DNA of 64,000 nucleotides from Anaerolineae bacterium. Lineage in GTDB: Bacteria; Chloroflexota; Anaerolineae; UBA1429. Shown here one piece after another: positions 30,467 through 40,690 of this stretch; the stretch's first letter is position 1; the number at the start of each line of letters is the position of its first letter. The DNA lies in the NCBI GenBank assembly GCA_963675785.1, contig OY776562.1, positions 1,056,001-1,120,000 on the forward strand, written 5' to 3'. The notes below the pieces were generated by a model. It did not search any database. It had not been told where the DNA came from and was given only the letters and a program-made list of their open reading frames with translations. Made by a program: the position numbers and the translations under genes.

Positions 30467-30925
30467 GGGACTTGCGGTCTGCGACCGCTGGGGTCTCCGG
30501 CCTAGGGTTAGGTGTCCTTCGGACATTGACCTCTTGAAAAGGGAGTCCGTAGGACGTCTATTCTTAGCCAGGAGACGTCAGACGCCGTCTGCGGCGTCCA
30601 GTCCCTGGCGGAACGGGTAGGCGAGATATCCCTGGGGCTGAAGCCCCAGGCTCAGCAAGGTCTGCCCTGCGGGCAGGTGCTTTTGGGTGAGGTGGGTTTG
30701 TAAGGTTGGCGAGTGGCCGGGACTGGCGGTCTGTGACCGCTGAGGTCACGCCGCATCTATGATGCGGACGCACCTATGATGCGGACGCACCTTGGGTGCG
30801 GGGCCTAATACAAGGTGTCTTACGGACATTAACTTCTTGAAAAAAGGTCCGAAGGACGTCTATTCCTAGCAACGCGTCGCTTGCGACGCGCGAGACCTCA
30901 GACGCCGTCTGCGGCGTCCAGTCCC
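30467..30925. repeat. REP/REPIN-like palindrome cluster (two related units, 30467-30605 and 30719-30925)
   Basis: Each unit runs GGGACT-hairpin-TG(A/G)GGTC ... GAC(C/G)TCA-GACGCCGTCTGCGGCGTC-CAGTCCC, with inner GTCCnnnGGAC hairpins. Extra hairpins lie between the units. Confidence 0.75.
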
Positions 30926-31017
30926 TGGCGATCCTTTTGATCTGTAACCTACGCTTTTGAGTCTCCCGTTAGGGAGGGTTTGCTGGCCTAGCACCCAGTC
31001 TTGCAAAACAAGGCAGT

Positions 31018-32325
31018 TCAACCCGATGCACTTTCCTCGAAATACACCGGATTCGAGATCATCGCCACCATGGGCGGCAGGCCGGGGGCATAAACGCGAG
31101 TTACTTCAAAGCGGCAGAACTTATATCCCGCAAAGGTACGCGTAAGGCACCTCTCTACGGTGTCTGGCTTACAAGTAATCTCCTCCACACCCAGGTCGGT
31201 GATCAGCCGCAACACATCGCCGCCGTGCAGGTTGAAAAAGCGTAGCTCTAGCTCTGAACCCTGTTTCACCGTGTCGCCCAAACCCAGCTTGTCGCACTGC
31301 ACCTCGATGCCCGGCCCCTTGGGCACATAGCTGATATAGCTGTGTCCGGCGCGCAGGGCGGCCATCAGGTCCTCGGGTTCGCGCGAGAGGGCGTACAGGC
31401 AGGTGCTGGGCGTGCCCATATCCCCCAGCAGGTCCGGTCGATGAAAGTCGCTGCCGCCCGTTACCGGCAGGTGCCGCCCCTCGCAGAGCTGTCCATGCCA
31501 CCAGGCCAGGGCGCGCAGGTTGCGCTCCGACATGACCCCGTTCCACACCTCGATGGCGTCATAGGGAATGTCCTCGAAACCCCAAAGCCAGGGGCACAGG
31601 GGGCAAAAGGGGTGATCCAGCACTACCATAGCGCCGCGCTCCCGCGCCTCGCCCAGGATGACCGCCGTCTCTTGCAGCGTGTTGGCCACAAAGCCCCTCG
31701 CAAAGGGCTGGGCCACGCCCAGCAGCCCCGCGTGGCCCTTGTAGTGCGTCCACTCACAGCCGGGCAGCACCGTCAGCCCCTCCACCTCCACGCGTTGCGC
31801 GTTGTGGGCATAGTTGTTGTGGTCGGTGACGGCGATATAGTCGAGTCCCATGGCCCGCGCCAGCTTGGCAGTCTCGGCCAGCGGCATAAAGCCATCCGAG
31901 CCCTGGGTGTGCACGTGCGTATCCCCGATGAAAAGGCGTTGCTCCTTTAGGGTAAAGATGAGGGTGTAAGTAACCTCTACCCCCTCTGGGGCGACATGAT
32001 AGGCGCCCACGCCTATGGCCCATTCACCCGGCTTGACCGCGACCGACGCATAACCCTGCGCCGAGCCGTAAGCGCAAACCCAAATGTGGCTGCGATCCGA
32101 GCCAGAGGAGCCGATATAGCTCCCCTCTGGCCCGTACAGAAACAGGTCGATGGTGTTGATGGCCTCTTCCATGATGGCGCCATCCGCCTCGTTGCGCTTG
32201 GTTTTGGCATAGCTGTAGCTGAGATCAAGGCGCTCGATTAGCGGTTCAACCGTAAAGGGCAGGGTGAAATAGCTCCCTTCCTCCTCTTTGCGCACTGTGC
32301 GCGTGATGATCACGACCTTTTGCAT
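31018..32325 (-). CDS. CehA/McbA-family PHP-domain metallohydrolase
   Basis: 'GDTHVHT..SDG', 'TDHN', 'EWT...GH', 'HPF', 'EVWNG', 'GGSDFH'. Confidence 0.85.
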   Translation of the reverse strand: MQKVVIITRTVRKEEEGSYFTLPFTVEPLIERLDLSYSYAKTKRNEADGAIMEEAINTIDLFLYGPEGSYIGSSGSDRSHIWVCAYGSAQGYASVAVKPGEWAIGVGAYHVAPEGVEVTYTLIFTLKEQRLFIGDTHVHTQGSDGFMPLAETAKLARAMGLDYIAVTDHNNYAHNAQRVEVEGLTVLPGCEWTHYKGHAGLLGVAQPFARGFVANTLQETAVILGEARERGAMVVLDHPFCPLCPWLWGFEDIPYDAIEVWNGVMSERNLRALAWWHGQLCEGRHLPVTGGSDFHRPDLLGDMGTPSTCLYALSREPEDLMAALRAGHSYISYVPKGPGIEVQCDKLGLGDTVKQGSELELRFFNLHGGDVLRLITDLGVEEITCKPDTVERCLTRTFAGYKFCRFEVTRVYAPGLPPMVAMISNPVYFEESASG

Positions 32326-32341
32326 CGCTTTTCCTTCTAGC

Positions 32342-33232
32342 TTACCGATTGGGATGGACGTGCTTGTTCTGGCTAAAGGCCTCTCTCCAGGAGACGAGCT
32401 TGATTCCCTCTCGGGCCGCCAGCTCTTGCAGGTCGCCGCTCAGCAGGAATTGCAGCTCCCACTCGCGTTTCTGCCATTCCGGCGTATAGCGCGAGATTTC
32501 GGGGTCGGCATAGGCGGGGTGTAAAAAGAGCTCGGTGATGCCTTCGCCCATGTTGTTTACTTGGCGTAGGTAAAAGTTACGCAGGTCCTCATAGCCATTG
32601 ATGTCTTTTACCGGCAGGGGATTGGTGATCATGTCGTCGATCAGGGCCACGCCCATGATGTTCGCCAGCCCCACAATGGCGCGATGTGCGACGCGCACCA
32701 CGCCCGGCACCTGGCCGCGAAATTGGCGGTCGAGAAAAACGCCGCGTCGGGGCATTCGAAAGGGCAGGCGGTAGCGGCGGCAGAGCCGGAAGGCGTTGAT
32801 AAAGAACAGACGCCCGTTCATGCCGTAAAGCGTGCCGCCGTGGCTGTCGGCGTGGTCGGGTGGACAGCCGTGCTGCTGCATGAACGCCACCTGAGCTGTG
32901 AGTTCGCGCGTCACCTCGGCGCTCTTGGCCTGCTTGGCCATCAGGCCGGCATCGGCGAACAGGCCCTGCTCATCGCGTAGCGAGGCCACCTCTTTTGCGG
33001 GGGCGGCACTATGCCAGCGGCTGTACGCAAAGTCCGAATGCAGCGTCCAGTGGACGCCCACGGCGAGCTTTTTCTCCGCCGCTGCGTCCGCCGCTTGCCC
33101 GGCAAGAGGGGCCGGTACCATCAACGAGGTAGAGGTGATGAGCCCCTCTTGAAAGAGCTGCAGGATCGCCCGGTCGGCACTCTCACAAATACCAAAATCA
33201 TCGGCGTTGATGATCAGATAACGTTCGCCCAT
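32342..33232 (-). CDS. ChbG/HpnK (YdjC) family deacetylase
   Basis: 'LIINADDFG', 'TSTSLM', 'GVH', 'HADSH', 'ELFLHP'. Confidence 0.88.
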   Translation of the reverse strand: MGERYLIINADDFGICESADRAILQLFQEGLITSTSLMVPAPLAGQAADAAAEKKLAVGVHWTLHSDFAYSRWHSAAPAKEVASLRDEQGLFADAGLMAKQAKSAEVTRELTAQVAFMQQHGCPPDHADSHGGTLYGMNGRLFFINAFRLCRRYRLPFRMPRRGVFLDRQFRGQVPGVVRVAHRAIVGLANIMGVALIDDMITNPLPVKDINGYEDLRNFYLRQVNNMGEGITELFLHPAYADPEISRYTPEWQKREWELQFLLSGDLQELAAREGIKLVSWREAFSQNKHVHPNR

Positions 33233-33234
33233 GG

Positions 33235-34560
33235 CTACTTGACCAGCTCTGCCATCTGCTTGGGCCCGGCGTCTTCGGGTTTTTCAAAGCGCATGGCTAG
33301 GGCAAACAGCGCACTGGCGATCATGGCGGCAATGGGGAACAGAACGAGCAAAAAGCGCGAGGCACCACCAGGGTTAGAGCCCGGAACGTCGCCGCTCTCA
33401 AAACCGTAAACCGTGTTGACTAGCAAAAAGGCCAGGCTGACGAACAGACCGTTGAGTCGGTTCATAAAGCCCAGCATCGAGGAATAGATACCTTCGCGGC
33501 GTAGGCCATACTTGCGGGTATCCTCGTCCATGATGCGCGCGGCAATGAGGTCCATGGTGGTAATGACGCCAGCCATGCCAAAGCCGATGAGTGCGCTGCC
33601 CACGATGGCAGTCCCCAGCGAAGTGACGAAATACATAGGAACAAAGGCGACGGTTAGGGTTATCAGGGCCGTGCGCCAGATGGGCAACAGCCTGTAGCGC
33701 CTGACAAAAAAGGCCCACACCGCAACAGAGGCAATGGCGATCAGCAACACGGCCCCCAACAAAAAGGTCGTATCGCCGGAATCCAGGTGCAAGCTGTATT
33801 TGACGAAAAAGGGCACGGCTTGCATCACCAGCGACATTGCCGCGCTGTAAAAGGCGTTGGCCAGACCAAAGATCCAGAACTTGCGGTTGGTAAGCAGCAC
33901 CTTGAGCGTGCTGAGAAACTTTGGCTTTTCGGTTTCGATGGCCTGCGGGCTTTCATGGCAGCCAAAGGTGCAGTAGAGAATGACAGCGAGTGCCAGGATG
34001 CCATAGACGATCGAGGTGTTGGCGTAACCGATTTGCTCGGTCACCATGGGGGTCAGGGCAATGCTGATGACCATGGCCACCAGTTGGAATGCCTGGCGCA
34101 TGGCGTTGGTTTTGGCGCGTACCGCGTCATCCTTAAAGAGTTCGGGGAACAGCGCGCCATAGTTGGCGTTGACTAGCGAGTCTAGTGTACCGGTCATGAT
34201 GTACATGAGCAGCACGTAGACGAAAATGGCGTTCTCAGAGCCAAATGCGGGTGGGTTGTAGAATAAAATAAAGAATAGCACCAGAAGCGGTGTGCCGATC
34301 ACCAGCCAGGGGCGCCTGCGCCCCCAACGTGTGCGCGTGCGATCGGATAAAAAGCCATAGACGGGGTTATCGATTGCATCAATAAAGGTGTAGATAAAGA
34401 GGATCAACGAATAGTACTTGGTGTTCAAGCCTAGCCCGTCCACATAGAACACGGCGGCATAGGTCTTGAACATGTTGATGGGGATGGATGTGCCAAACAT
34501 ACCGATGGCATAGCGGAAAGAACTGGTCACTTTGGTAGCGATACTGGACTTTTCCTCCAT
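33235..34560 (-). CDS. Glycoside-pentoside-hexuronide (MFS_2) transporter
   Basis: 'DAIDNPVYGFLSDRTRTRWGRRRPWL', 'RREGIY'. Confidence 0.88.
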   Translation of the reverse strand: MEEKSSIATKVTSSFRYAIGMFGTSIPINMFKTYAAVFYVDGLGLNTKYYSLILFIYTFIDAIDNPVYGFLSDRTRTRWGRRRPWLVIGTPLLVLFFILFYNPPAFGSENAIFVYVLLMYIMTGTLDSLVNANYGALFPELFKDDAVRAKTNAMRQAFQLVAMVISIALTPMVTEQIGYANTSIVYGILALAVILYCTFGCHESPQAIETEKPKFLSTLKVLLTNRKFWIFGLANAFYSAAMSLVMQAVPFFVKYSLHLDSGDTTFLLGAVLLIAIASVAVWAFFVRRYRLLPIWRTALITLTVAFVPMYFVTSLGTAIVGSALIGFGMAGVITTMDLIAARIMDEDTRKYGLRREGIYSSMLGFMNRLNGLFVSLAFLLVNTVYGFESGDVPGSNPGGASRFLLVLFPIAAMIASALFALAMRFEKPEDAGPKQMAELVK

Positions 34561-34743
34561 GGGGTCACTCCATTGTGTAATAGGCGGCAGTACGAAGGCG
34601 ATGTTTCAATATAGAATGGGTTCGATGCGCTGTAAACGCGCATTTGACCATTTTGTGGGGCAATGTGTTAAGGCTCTGTAATCACCCTGTTATATAGAAC
34701 CAGGAGGGTATGCGCAGAGTTACGCCCTAAATCTTGCTTCCGC

Positions 34744-35220
34744 TTACAACCTCATCTCAAACTCGAATTCATGCAGGATGGGGATATCGTCCATGCCTAT
34801 CAACGGAATCTGCGGCTTGAGCTTGCGAGACGCTTCGATGGCGTTCAGATAAATAGCCGCCAACGTGAATCCTCTCTTCTGGTAAAAGCGAATGGCTTGG
34901 GTGTTGTCGTTGGTGGTGATGAGCCAAGCTCGTGTACAGCCTTGCGCTTTTGCTTCCTCGATCACGCGCTGGATGAGCTTCGTGCCGATGCCCTGCCTCT
35001 CCACTAGGCTATCTAGCGAAGTAATCTCGCATTCGCCGTACTCGATGCAATAGGTGACGAGTCCCACCATCTGTCCCTCGACCATGGCCACAAAGCCGGG
35101 GAGATTCTCTGCAGAATGGACTCTGCCTCGTGTGATGATGAGTGGCCCAGCCCAGTTATCACGTATCAGATCGATGGCGGCTGGCCGTGTGGTGTCATCC
35201 AATGGTATTATGCTAAACAC
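34744..35220 (-). CDS. GNAT acetyltransferase
   Basis: 'RQGIGTKL', 'LITTNDN..AIRFYQKRGF'. AGGAG RBS before GTG. Confidence 0.85.
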   Translation of the reverse strand: MFSIIPLDDTTRPAAIDLIRDNWAGPLIITRGRVHSAENLPGFVAMVEGQMVGLVTYCIEYGECEITSLDSLVERQGIGTKLIQRVIEEAKAQGCTRAWLITTNDNTQAIRFYQKRGFTLAAIYLNAIEASRKLKPQIPLIGMDDIPILHEFEFEMRL

Positions 35221-35386
35221 AAAGGTTCTCCTGACGATGTGCTTGTTGATCCCGCGATATGCGTACTCGCAAGACAGGCATTTGCTTTTAGTCATCAAGC
35301 GTGCTTCTATATCCGAATAGTCGAATTATACTGTTGCAAGTTTTGCTAGTCATGCGGCAGCGGAGATATTAAAGGCCTGGACAGAG

Positions 35387-37792
35387 ATGAAATACGAACA
35401 CGAATCCATCGAGAAAAAATGGCAAGATGCTTGGGCGGCTCAAGGTGTGTATCGAACGCCAGAGGATCCCACAAAGCCCAAGTATTACGCCCTTGTCGAG
35501 TTTCCCTATCCTTCCGGCCATGGCTTGCACGTAGGGCATGCCCGCCCTTATACGGCCATGGATGTCGTCGCTCGCAAGCGGCGTATGCAGGGTTACAACG
35601 TACTGTTTCCCATTGGCTGGGATGCCTTTGGTCTGCCCACCGAGAACTATGCCATTGCTAACCATATTCATCCTGCCAAGGTAACACATGACAATATCGC
35701 CTTTTTCCGCGATCAAACCAAGCTCTTGGGCTATTCCTTTGATTATTCCCGCGAGGTCGATACCACCGACCCTGCCTTTTATAAATGGACGCAGTGGATC
35801 TTTTTGCGGCTCTTTGAGCACGGTTTGGCTTACAAAGCCCAGATGCCCGTGAATTGGTGCACCTCCTGCAAATGTGTGTTGGCCAACGAAGAGGTTGTCG
35901 ACGGTGTGTGCGAGCGTTGCGGCAGCTCGGTGGTGCGCCGCGAAAAGAGCCAGTGGATGCTGCGTATTACCGCTTATGCCCAGCGTCTGCTTGACGGGCT
36001 GGATGAGGTGGATTTCCCCGATCGCGTCAAGGTGCAGCAGCGCAACTGGATTGGCCGCTCGACCGGCGCCGAGGTGGATTTTAGAACGACCACTGGCGAT
36101 ACCCTGTGCGTCTTTACCACCCGGCCAGATACGCTCTTTGGGGCAACCTACATGGTCATGTCTCCGGAACACCCCAACCTCGGGCGTTGGCGTGAGCGAA
36201 TCACCAACTGGGCCGAGGTAAAAGCCTATCAGGACCTCTCTGCGCAAAAATCCGATATCGAGCGCAGTGAGATGCAGCGCGACAAGACGGGCGTCGAATT
36301 AAAAGGCGTGCGTGCCATCAACCCGGTGAACGACGCCGAAATTCCCATCTATGTCTCGGATTATGTGCTGATGAATTATGGCACGGGCGCCATCATGGCC
36401 GTGCCCGGCCACGATACGCGCGACTGGGAATTCGCCACCAAATTTGGTTTGCCCATCGTCGAGGTGGTAGCGGGTGGCAACGTTCAGGAGCAAGCCTTTA
36501 CCGATGTTCAAAACGGTGTCATGGTCAATTCTGGCTTTCTCAGCGGCATGCAAACCTCAGATGCCATCGTGGCCATGATAGCCTGGTTGGAAGAAAAAGG
36601 TCTGGGGCATGCTTCCATAAATTTCAAGCTGCGCGATTGGGTGTTTTCTCGCCAGCGCTATTGGGGTGAGCCCATTCCTATTGTTCATTGCCCCAAATGT
36701 GGTTATGTGCCGCTGCCCGAATCTGAGCTGCCCTTGAAATTGCCCAATGTGGAGAGCTACGAGCCAACCGATACGGGTGAATCGCCTTTGGCCAAGATGC
36801 GCGATTGGGTCGAGACCTCCTGTCCGCGTTGTGGTGGCCCCGCTGAGCGTGAGACCGACACCATGCCCCAGTGGGCCGGCTCTTCTTGGTATTTCTTGCG
36901 CTATACCGATCCATATAACGACGCTGCTCTGGCCTCGCCTGAGGCGTTGGCCTATTGGACGCCCGTGGATTGGTACAACGGCGGCATGGAGCATACCACA
37001 CTCCACTTGCTCTACTCTCGCTTTTGGAACTTGTTCCTCTACGATATTGGCGTGGTACCCACATCCGAGCCTTATCGCAAACGCACCAGCCACGGCATGA
37101 TTCTGGGCGAGGGCGGCGAGAAAATGTCCAAGTCGAGAGGCAATGTCGTCAACCCCAACGATATCGTGAGCGAGTACGGCGCCGATACCATGCGGCTCTA
37201 TATCCTCTTCCTGGGTGACTTTGAAAAGGCCGCTTCCTGGCAGCAGAATGATGTCAAAGGGTGCCGTCGTTTCTTGGAGCGCCTTTGGACATTGTGTGAA
37301 AATCTCAACGATGATGCCGCTTATTCGCCAGCGAACATCACCCTGATTCACAAGACCATCAAAAAGGTGACCGAGGATATCGAAAACCTCAAATTCAATA
37401 CGGCCATCGCTGCCATGATGACCTTGCTGAACGAGATGACTTCCAATGGTGCCAGCAAGGGTGATCTCAAGACCTTCTTAACGCTGCTGGCGCCTTTTGC
37501 CCCGCACAGTTGCGAAGAACTGTGGCATCAGCTTGGTTTTGAGAGCTTTGTGGTTTGCCAGTCCTGGCCTGCCTACGACCCGGCGCTGTGTATTGATCAA
37601 GAAGTAGAGATCGCTGTGCAGATCAACGGCAAGTTTCGGGGAACCGTGTGGGTCCCCGCCGACTGTCCCGACGAAGAGCTGGTAAAAGCAGCCACTGCCG
37701 AAGAGCGCATTCAGAGAAACCTAGAAGGGATGCGCATCGTAAAGACCATCGTAGTAAAGAATAAACTGATCAACCTTCTGGTCAAGCCATAA
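35387..37792 (+). CDS. leuS: Leucine--tRNA ligase
   Basis: 'FPYPSG.GLHVGH', 'VFTTRPDTLFGAT', 'GTGAIMAVPGHD', 'DW.FSRQRYWGEPIP', 'KMSKS'. Confidence 0.98.
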   Translation: MKYEHESIEKKWQDAWAAQGVYRTPEDPTKPKYYALVEFPYPSGHGLHVGHARPYTAMDVVARKRRMQGYNVLFPIGWDAFGLPTENYAIANHIHPAKVTHDNIAFFRDQTKLLGYSFDYSREVDTTDPAFYKWTQWIFLRLFEHGLAYKAQMPVNWCTSCKCVLANEEVVDGVCERCGSSVVRREKSQWMLRITAYAQRLLDGLDEVDFPDRVKVQQRNWIGRSTGAEVDFRTTTGDTLCVFTTRPDTLFGATYMVMSPEHPNLGRWRERITNWAEVKAYQDLSAQKSDIERSEMQRDKTGVELKGVRAINPVNDAEIPIYVSDYVLMNYGTGAIMAVPGHDTRDWEFATKFGLPIVEVVAGGNVQEQAFTDVQNGVMVNSGFLSGMQTSDAIVAMIAWLEEKGLGHASINFKLRDWVFSRQRYWGEPIPIVHCPKCGYVPLPESELPLKLPNVESYEPTDTGESPLAKMRDWVETSCPRCGGPAERETDTMPQWAGSSWYFLRYTDPYNDAALASPEALAYWTPVDWYNGGMEHTTLHLLYSRFWNLFLYDIGVVPTSEPYRKRTSHGMILGEGGEKMSKSRGNVVNPNDIVSEYGADTMRLYILFLGDFEKAASWQQNDVKGCRRFLERLWTLCENLNDDAAYSPANITLIHKTIKKVTEDIENLKFNTAIAAMMTLLNEMTSNGASKGDLKTFLTLLAPFAPHSCEELWHQLGFESFVVCQSWPAYDPALCIDQEVEIAVQINGKFRGTVWVPADCPDEELVKAATAEERIQRNLEGMRIVKTIVVKNKLINLLVKP

Positions 37793-37812
37793 AAAGCGCG
37801 TTGATATGTATT

Positions 37813-37850
37813 GGGGAGGGCCAGAGACTCTTGACTCTGGCCCTCCCTTC
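37813..37850 (+). terminator. Hairpin terminator after leuS
   Basis: GGGAGGGCCAGAG / CTCTGGCCCTCCC stem; weak U-tail. Confidence 0.65.
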
Positions 37851-37885
37851 GCTATGCTGTTAGTATTACATTGTAGGAGCTAAAT

Positions 37886-38656
37886 GTGGACATAAACGAA
37901 GAACCCCAGAAAACTTGGCCCCCACGCATTTGGTCGCTGAAAAGCGTCATCATTGTGGCCTTGGTATTTATCGGCATCTATATCGTTATGTCGGTTGTCG
38001 AAGCCCTGTTGATGATAGGTTCCGACTCGCTTTCATTTGGGGTGAGCGTACTGGCAGTCGTCGCGGGGATCATCGCTGCAGTCTTGGCGGTTCTGACCGG
38101 CAAAGCCATTGGGCACTTTTCCTGGCAAGAGTTTGGGTTTCGCCGTACAGAAAAACGCTGGTACTGGTTGGCTCTTCTCATTGCCCCTGGCTTGGTGATC
38201 CTGCGCCTTTTAGTGGCCGGGCTTTTACTGTCTCTTTTCCCCGATTTGGGCGAAGGCATTGATGAGCTGAGTAACATTCTCGTTGGCGACTATAGCACAC
38301 TGCAAACGCTGGTGTTGGCACTCTTGGCCTCTTTGGTGGCACCCATATCAGAAGAGATGTTCTTCCGTGGCTATGTATATGGTGCACTCCGCATGAAACT
38401 GCCCGCTTGGGCTAGCATTTTGATTGGCTCGGCTATATTTGCAGCTATTCATCTATTGCCCCTGCAGATGGTCACGGCGTTCGTCATCGCCCTGGTCTTG
38501 GCTTGGCTCTACGAAAAAAGTCAATCATTAGTACCCTGTATCATTCTGCACATAACCAATAACGCATTGGCTCTGATTCTGACTGTTGCAGTAACTTGGC
38601 TTGTGGAGCAATTCCCAGACCTGACGGTGTTAGGTCTCTTATTGGGGGGAGCGTAA
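37886..38656 (+). CDS. CPBP (CAAX prenyl protease/Abi) intramembrane metalloprotease
   Basis: 'EEMFFRG', 'FAAIH', 'HITNN'. Confidence 0.9.
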   Translation: MDINEEPQKTWPPRIWSLKSVIIVALVFIGIYIVMSVVEALLMIGSDSLSFGVSVLAVVAGIIAAVLAVLTGKAIGHFSWQEFGFRRTEKRWYWLALLIAPGLVILRLLVAGLLLSLFPDLGEGIDELSNILVGDYSTLQTLVLALLASLVAPISEEMFFRGYVYGALRMKLPAWASILIGSAIFAAIHLLPLQMVTAFVIALVLAWLYEKSQSLVPCIILHITNNALALILTVAVTWLVEQFPDLTVLGLLLGGA

Positions 38657-38659
38657 ACC

Positions 38660-40000
38660 ATGGACTTTGGCAACCTGATCGTTAATCTGTTTGACGGAGA
38701 AACCAAAGGGCTGCCCATGGACATACTACACGATCTACCCGGCAGCCCCAGCCAGTGGGCGGGTTTGCTCATGACCCAGGGCGATGTGCAGGAAATGCGT
38801 GCGCTTTTGAATCAGCCTCTTGTACGCGATTCGAGTACGGCGGCTGTTTTTCTGCCTGGCATTATGGGCTCCCTGTTGGGCAGTACAGCTGGCATAGGCG
38901 GCTTGCTCTGGTTGAACGGTACTGTTATCGCAGGCGGTAGTATCAATCTGCTTGATCTCGACGAGACCGGTGAGCAGGATGCTTCACCTGATGTCAGCAT
39001 CGTACCCGTGGGCTTGGAAAAATCGACCTATGTGAAGGCTGTGCTGCGCCTGTCGCGTACCTGCTGTCTGTACGAGTTCCCCTATGATTGGCGTAGACGC
39101 CTGGAGACCAGCGCTGCTCAGCTAGCAACCGCCATTGAGCGCTGGTCGGCAGCACGTCCGCATCAACGCTTTACTTTGATCGGTCACAGCATGGGTGGTC
39201 TGCTTGCCCGCACTTTTGTGGTTCTGTACCCCGAGCTGGCCGAGCGTGTTGTTGAGCGTATCGTCTTGCTGGCATCGCCCCTTTATGGCGCTGCCGCAGT
39301 ACCGCAGATATTCACTGGCGAGACGATGCAGGTGCAGTTGATCAAGAGTCTTTCTGAAAAGAACGATGTGGTCAGAATGTGTGCCAGTTTCCCAACTTGT
39401 TATGAACTTTTGCCTCCTCCCCCTGCTCTCTTTCCTTCTGGCACTGCCTATCCCTTTGACTGGGATCTCTATGATGCGCGTGACTGGAATATACCTGCCT
39501 TGAGACAAGATCTGCTGGATGAGGCAGCGGTTTTTCACCGTATGATCCTTGGTGCGGATCCACAGGTAGAAACCTGGCAATTTGCGGGTTGTAACCTCAA
39601 AACGGTGGTGGGGCTGTCGCGGATTCTGGGCAAAGATCAAGACGAAGAAAAGCATGCTTTTTCACCCATCTCGATGTCGGTAGGGGAGACAAGCGGAGAT
39701 GGAACCGTGCCGTTGTGGTCGGCCAGGGGTAAGGCCGTACACCATATGCATTATGTGCAAGCTGGCCATCAAACGATCCCTTCAGACAAAGCCGTACTGG
39801 ATGATGTGGTTAGACTGCTGCATGGCGAGAAACTGACTCTTCCCAGTGTTGTTCCTCTGCCTTTGCCAGAGAGGCACGAAAATGCCTATGTGGGCACCTT
39901 GACTAATATGGTCAATGACATCCAGCATAGTCTAAGAAGGGGAGGCCTTTCTGTGCTGGACATGCGCAATCTGTTGTTCCGTGGCGATATAGTTGAATAA
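38660..40000 (+). CDS. Alpha/beta hydrolase (lipase/LCAT-like acyltransferase)
   Basis: 'FLPGIMGS', 'PYDWR', 'GHSMGG', 'GDGTVP', distal His. Confidence 0.85.
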   Translation: MDFGNLIVNLFDGETKGLPMDILHDLPGSPSQWAGLLMTQGDVQEMRALLNQPLVRDSSTAAVFLPGIMGSLLGSTAGIGGLLWLNGTVIAGGSINLLDLDETGEQDASPDVSIVPVGLEKSTYVKAVLRLSRTCCLYEFPYDWRRRLETSAAQLATAIERWSAARPHQRFTLIGHSMGGLLARTFVVLYPELAERVVERIVLLASPLYGAAAVPQIFTGETMQVQLIKSLSEKNDVVRMCASFPTCYELLPPPPALFPSGTAYPFDWDLYDARDWNIPALRQDLLDEAAVFHRMILGADPQVETWQFAGCNLKTVVGLSRILGKDQDEEKHAFSPISMSVGETSGDGTVPLWSARGKAVHHMHYVQAGHQTIPSDKAVLDDVVRLLHGEKLTLPSVVPLPLPERHENAYVGTLTNMVNDIQHSLRRGGLSVLDMRNLLFRGDIVE

Positions 40001-40646
40001 GATAGATATCGACGCAATAAATCCGAACTTGGCAAAGGGAAAAGCATTGGACGTCGCAAGATTTGAAAAGCAACTTGATTTCTTACGTGAAATCGATCAA
40101 GTCAAATCGGTGTTTCGAAACACCATTTTGCTGGATGGTTCCAGGCGAGAGAATGATGCTGAACATATGTGGCATATGGCAGTCTGCGCCATGCTGTTTA
40201 GAGAGTATGTTGACGCCGAGCAGATCGACATGTTCAAGACGCTAAAAATGATTCTGCTTCACGATGTCATCGAGATTTATGCCGGAGATACCTTTGCCTA
40301 CGATGCCGTCGGTAAGACGACTCAGGCGCAAAGGGAGTACGAGGCTGCAGATCGTCTCTTTGCTCTTCTTCCAGATGACCAAAATGCAGAGTTCCGAGCG
40401 CTTTGGGATGAGTTTGATGCGCAGGCAACGGACGAAGCAAAATACGCACATCTTGTGGATGCGTTCATGCCCTTGTTACACAACTATACGACCGAGGGCC
40501 TCAAGTGGCGAGAACTCGGCGTGAAGAAGGATATGGTGCTCGAAAGAAATGAGATCAAGATAGAGCCTTCTTCCGCCGAGATATGGCGTTACGTCCAGGA
40601 TATGATTGAGGATGCCGTTACCAAAGGATATTTGCCTGAAAAATAA
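39993..40646 (+). CDS. HD-domain protein (HD_3, nucleotidase-like)
   Basis: 'RRENDAEHMW', 'LLHDVIEIYAGD', 'LWDEFDA'. Confidence 0.88.
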   Translation: MNKIDIDAINPNLAKGKALDVARFEKQLDFLREIDQVKSVFRNTILLDGSRRENDAEHMWHMAVCAMLFREYVDAEQIDMFKTLKMILLHDVIEIYAGDTFAYDAVGKTTQAQREYEAADRLFALLPDDQNAEFRALWDEFDAQATDEAKYAHLVDAFMPLLHNYTTEGLKWRELGVKKDMVLERNEIKIEPSSAEIWRYVQDMIEDAVTKGYLPEK

Positions 40647-40647
40647 G

Positions 40648-40690
40648 CGCAAACACCCGTAGGGGCCTAACGCTCCCTTGTGTGTTTGCG
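40648..40690. terminator. Hairpin between convergent genes
   Basis: CGCAAACAC...GTGTTTGCG stem. Confidence 0.5.

Noticed and set aside
35221-35386. T-box riboswitch upstream of leuS
   Set aside because: Short divergent intergenic region with no T-box consensus or terminator.
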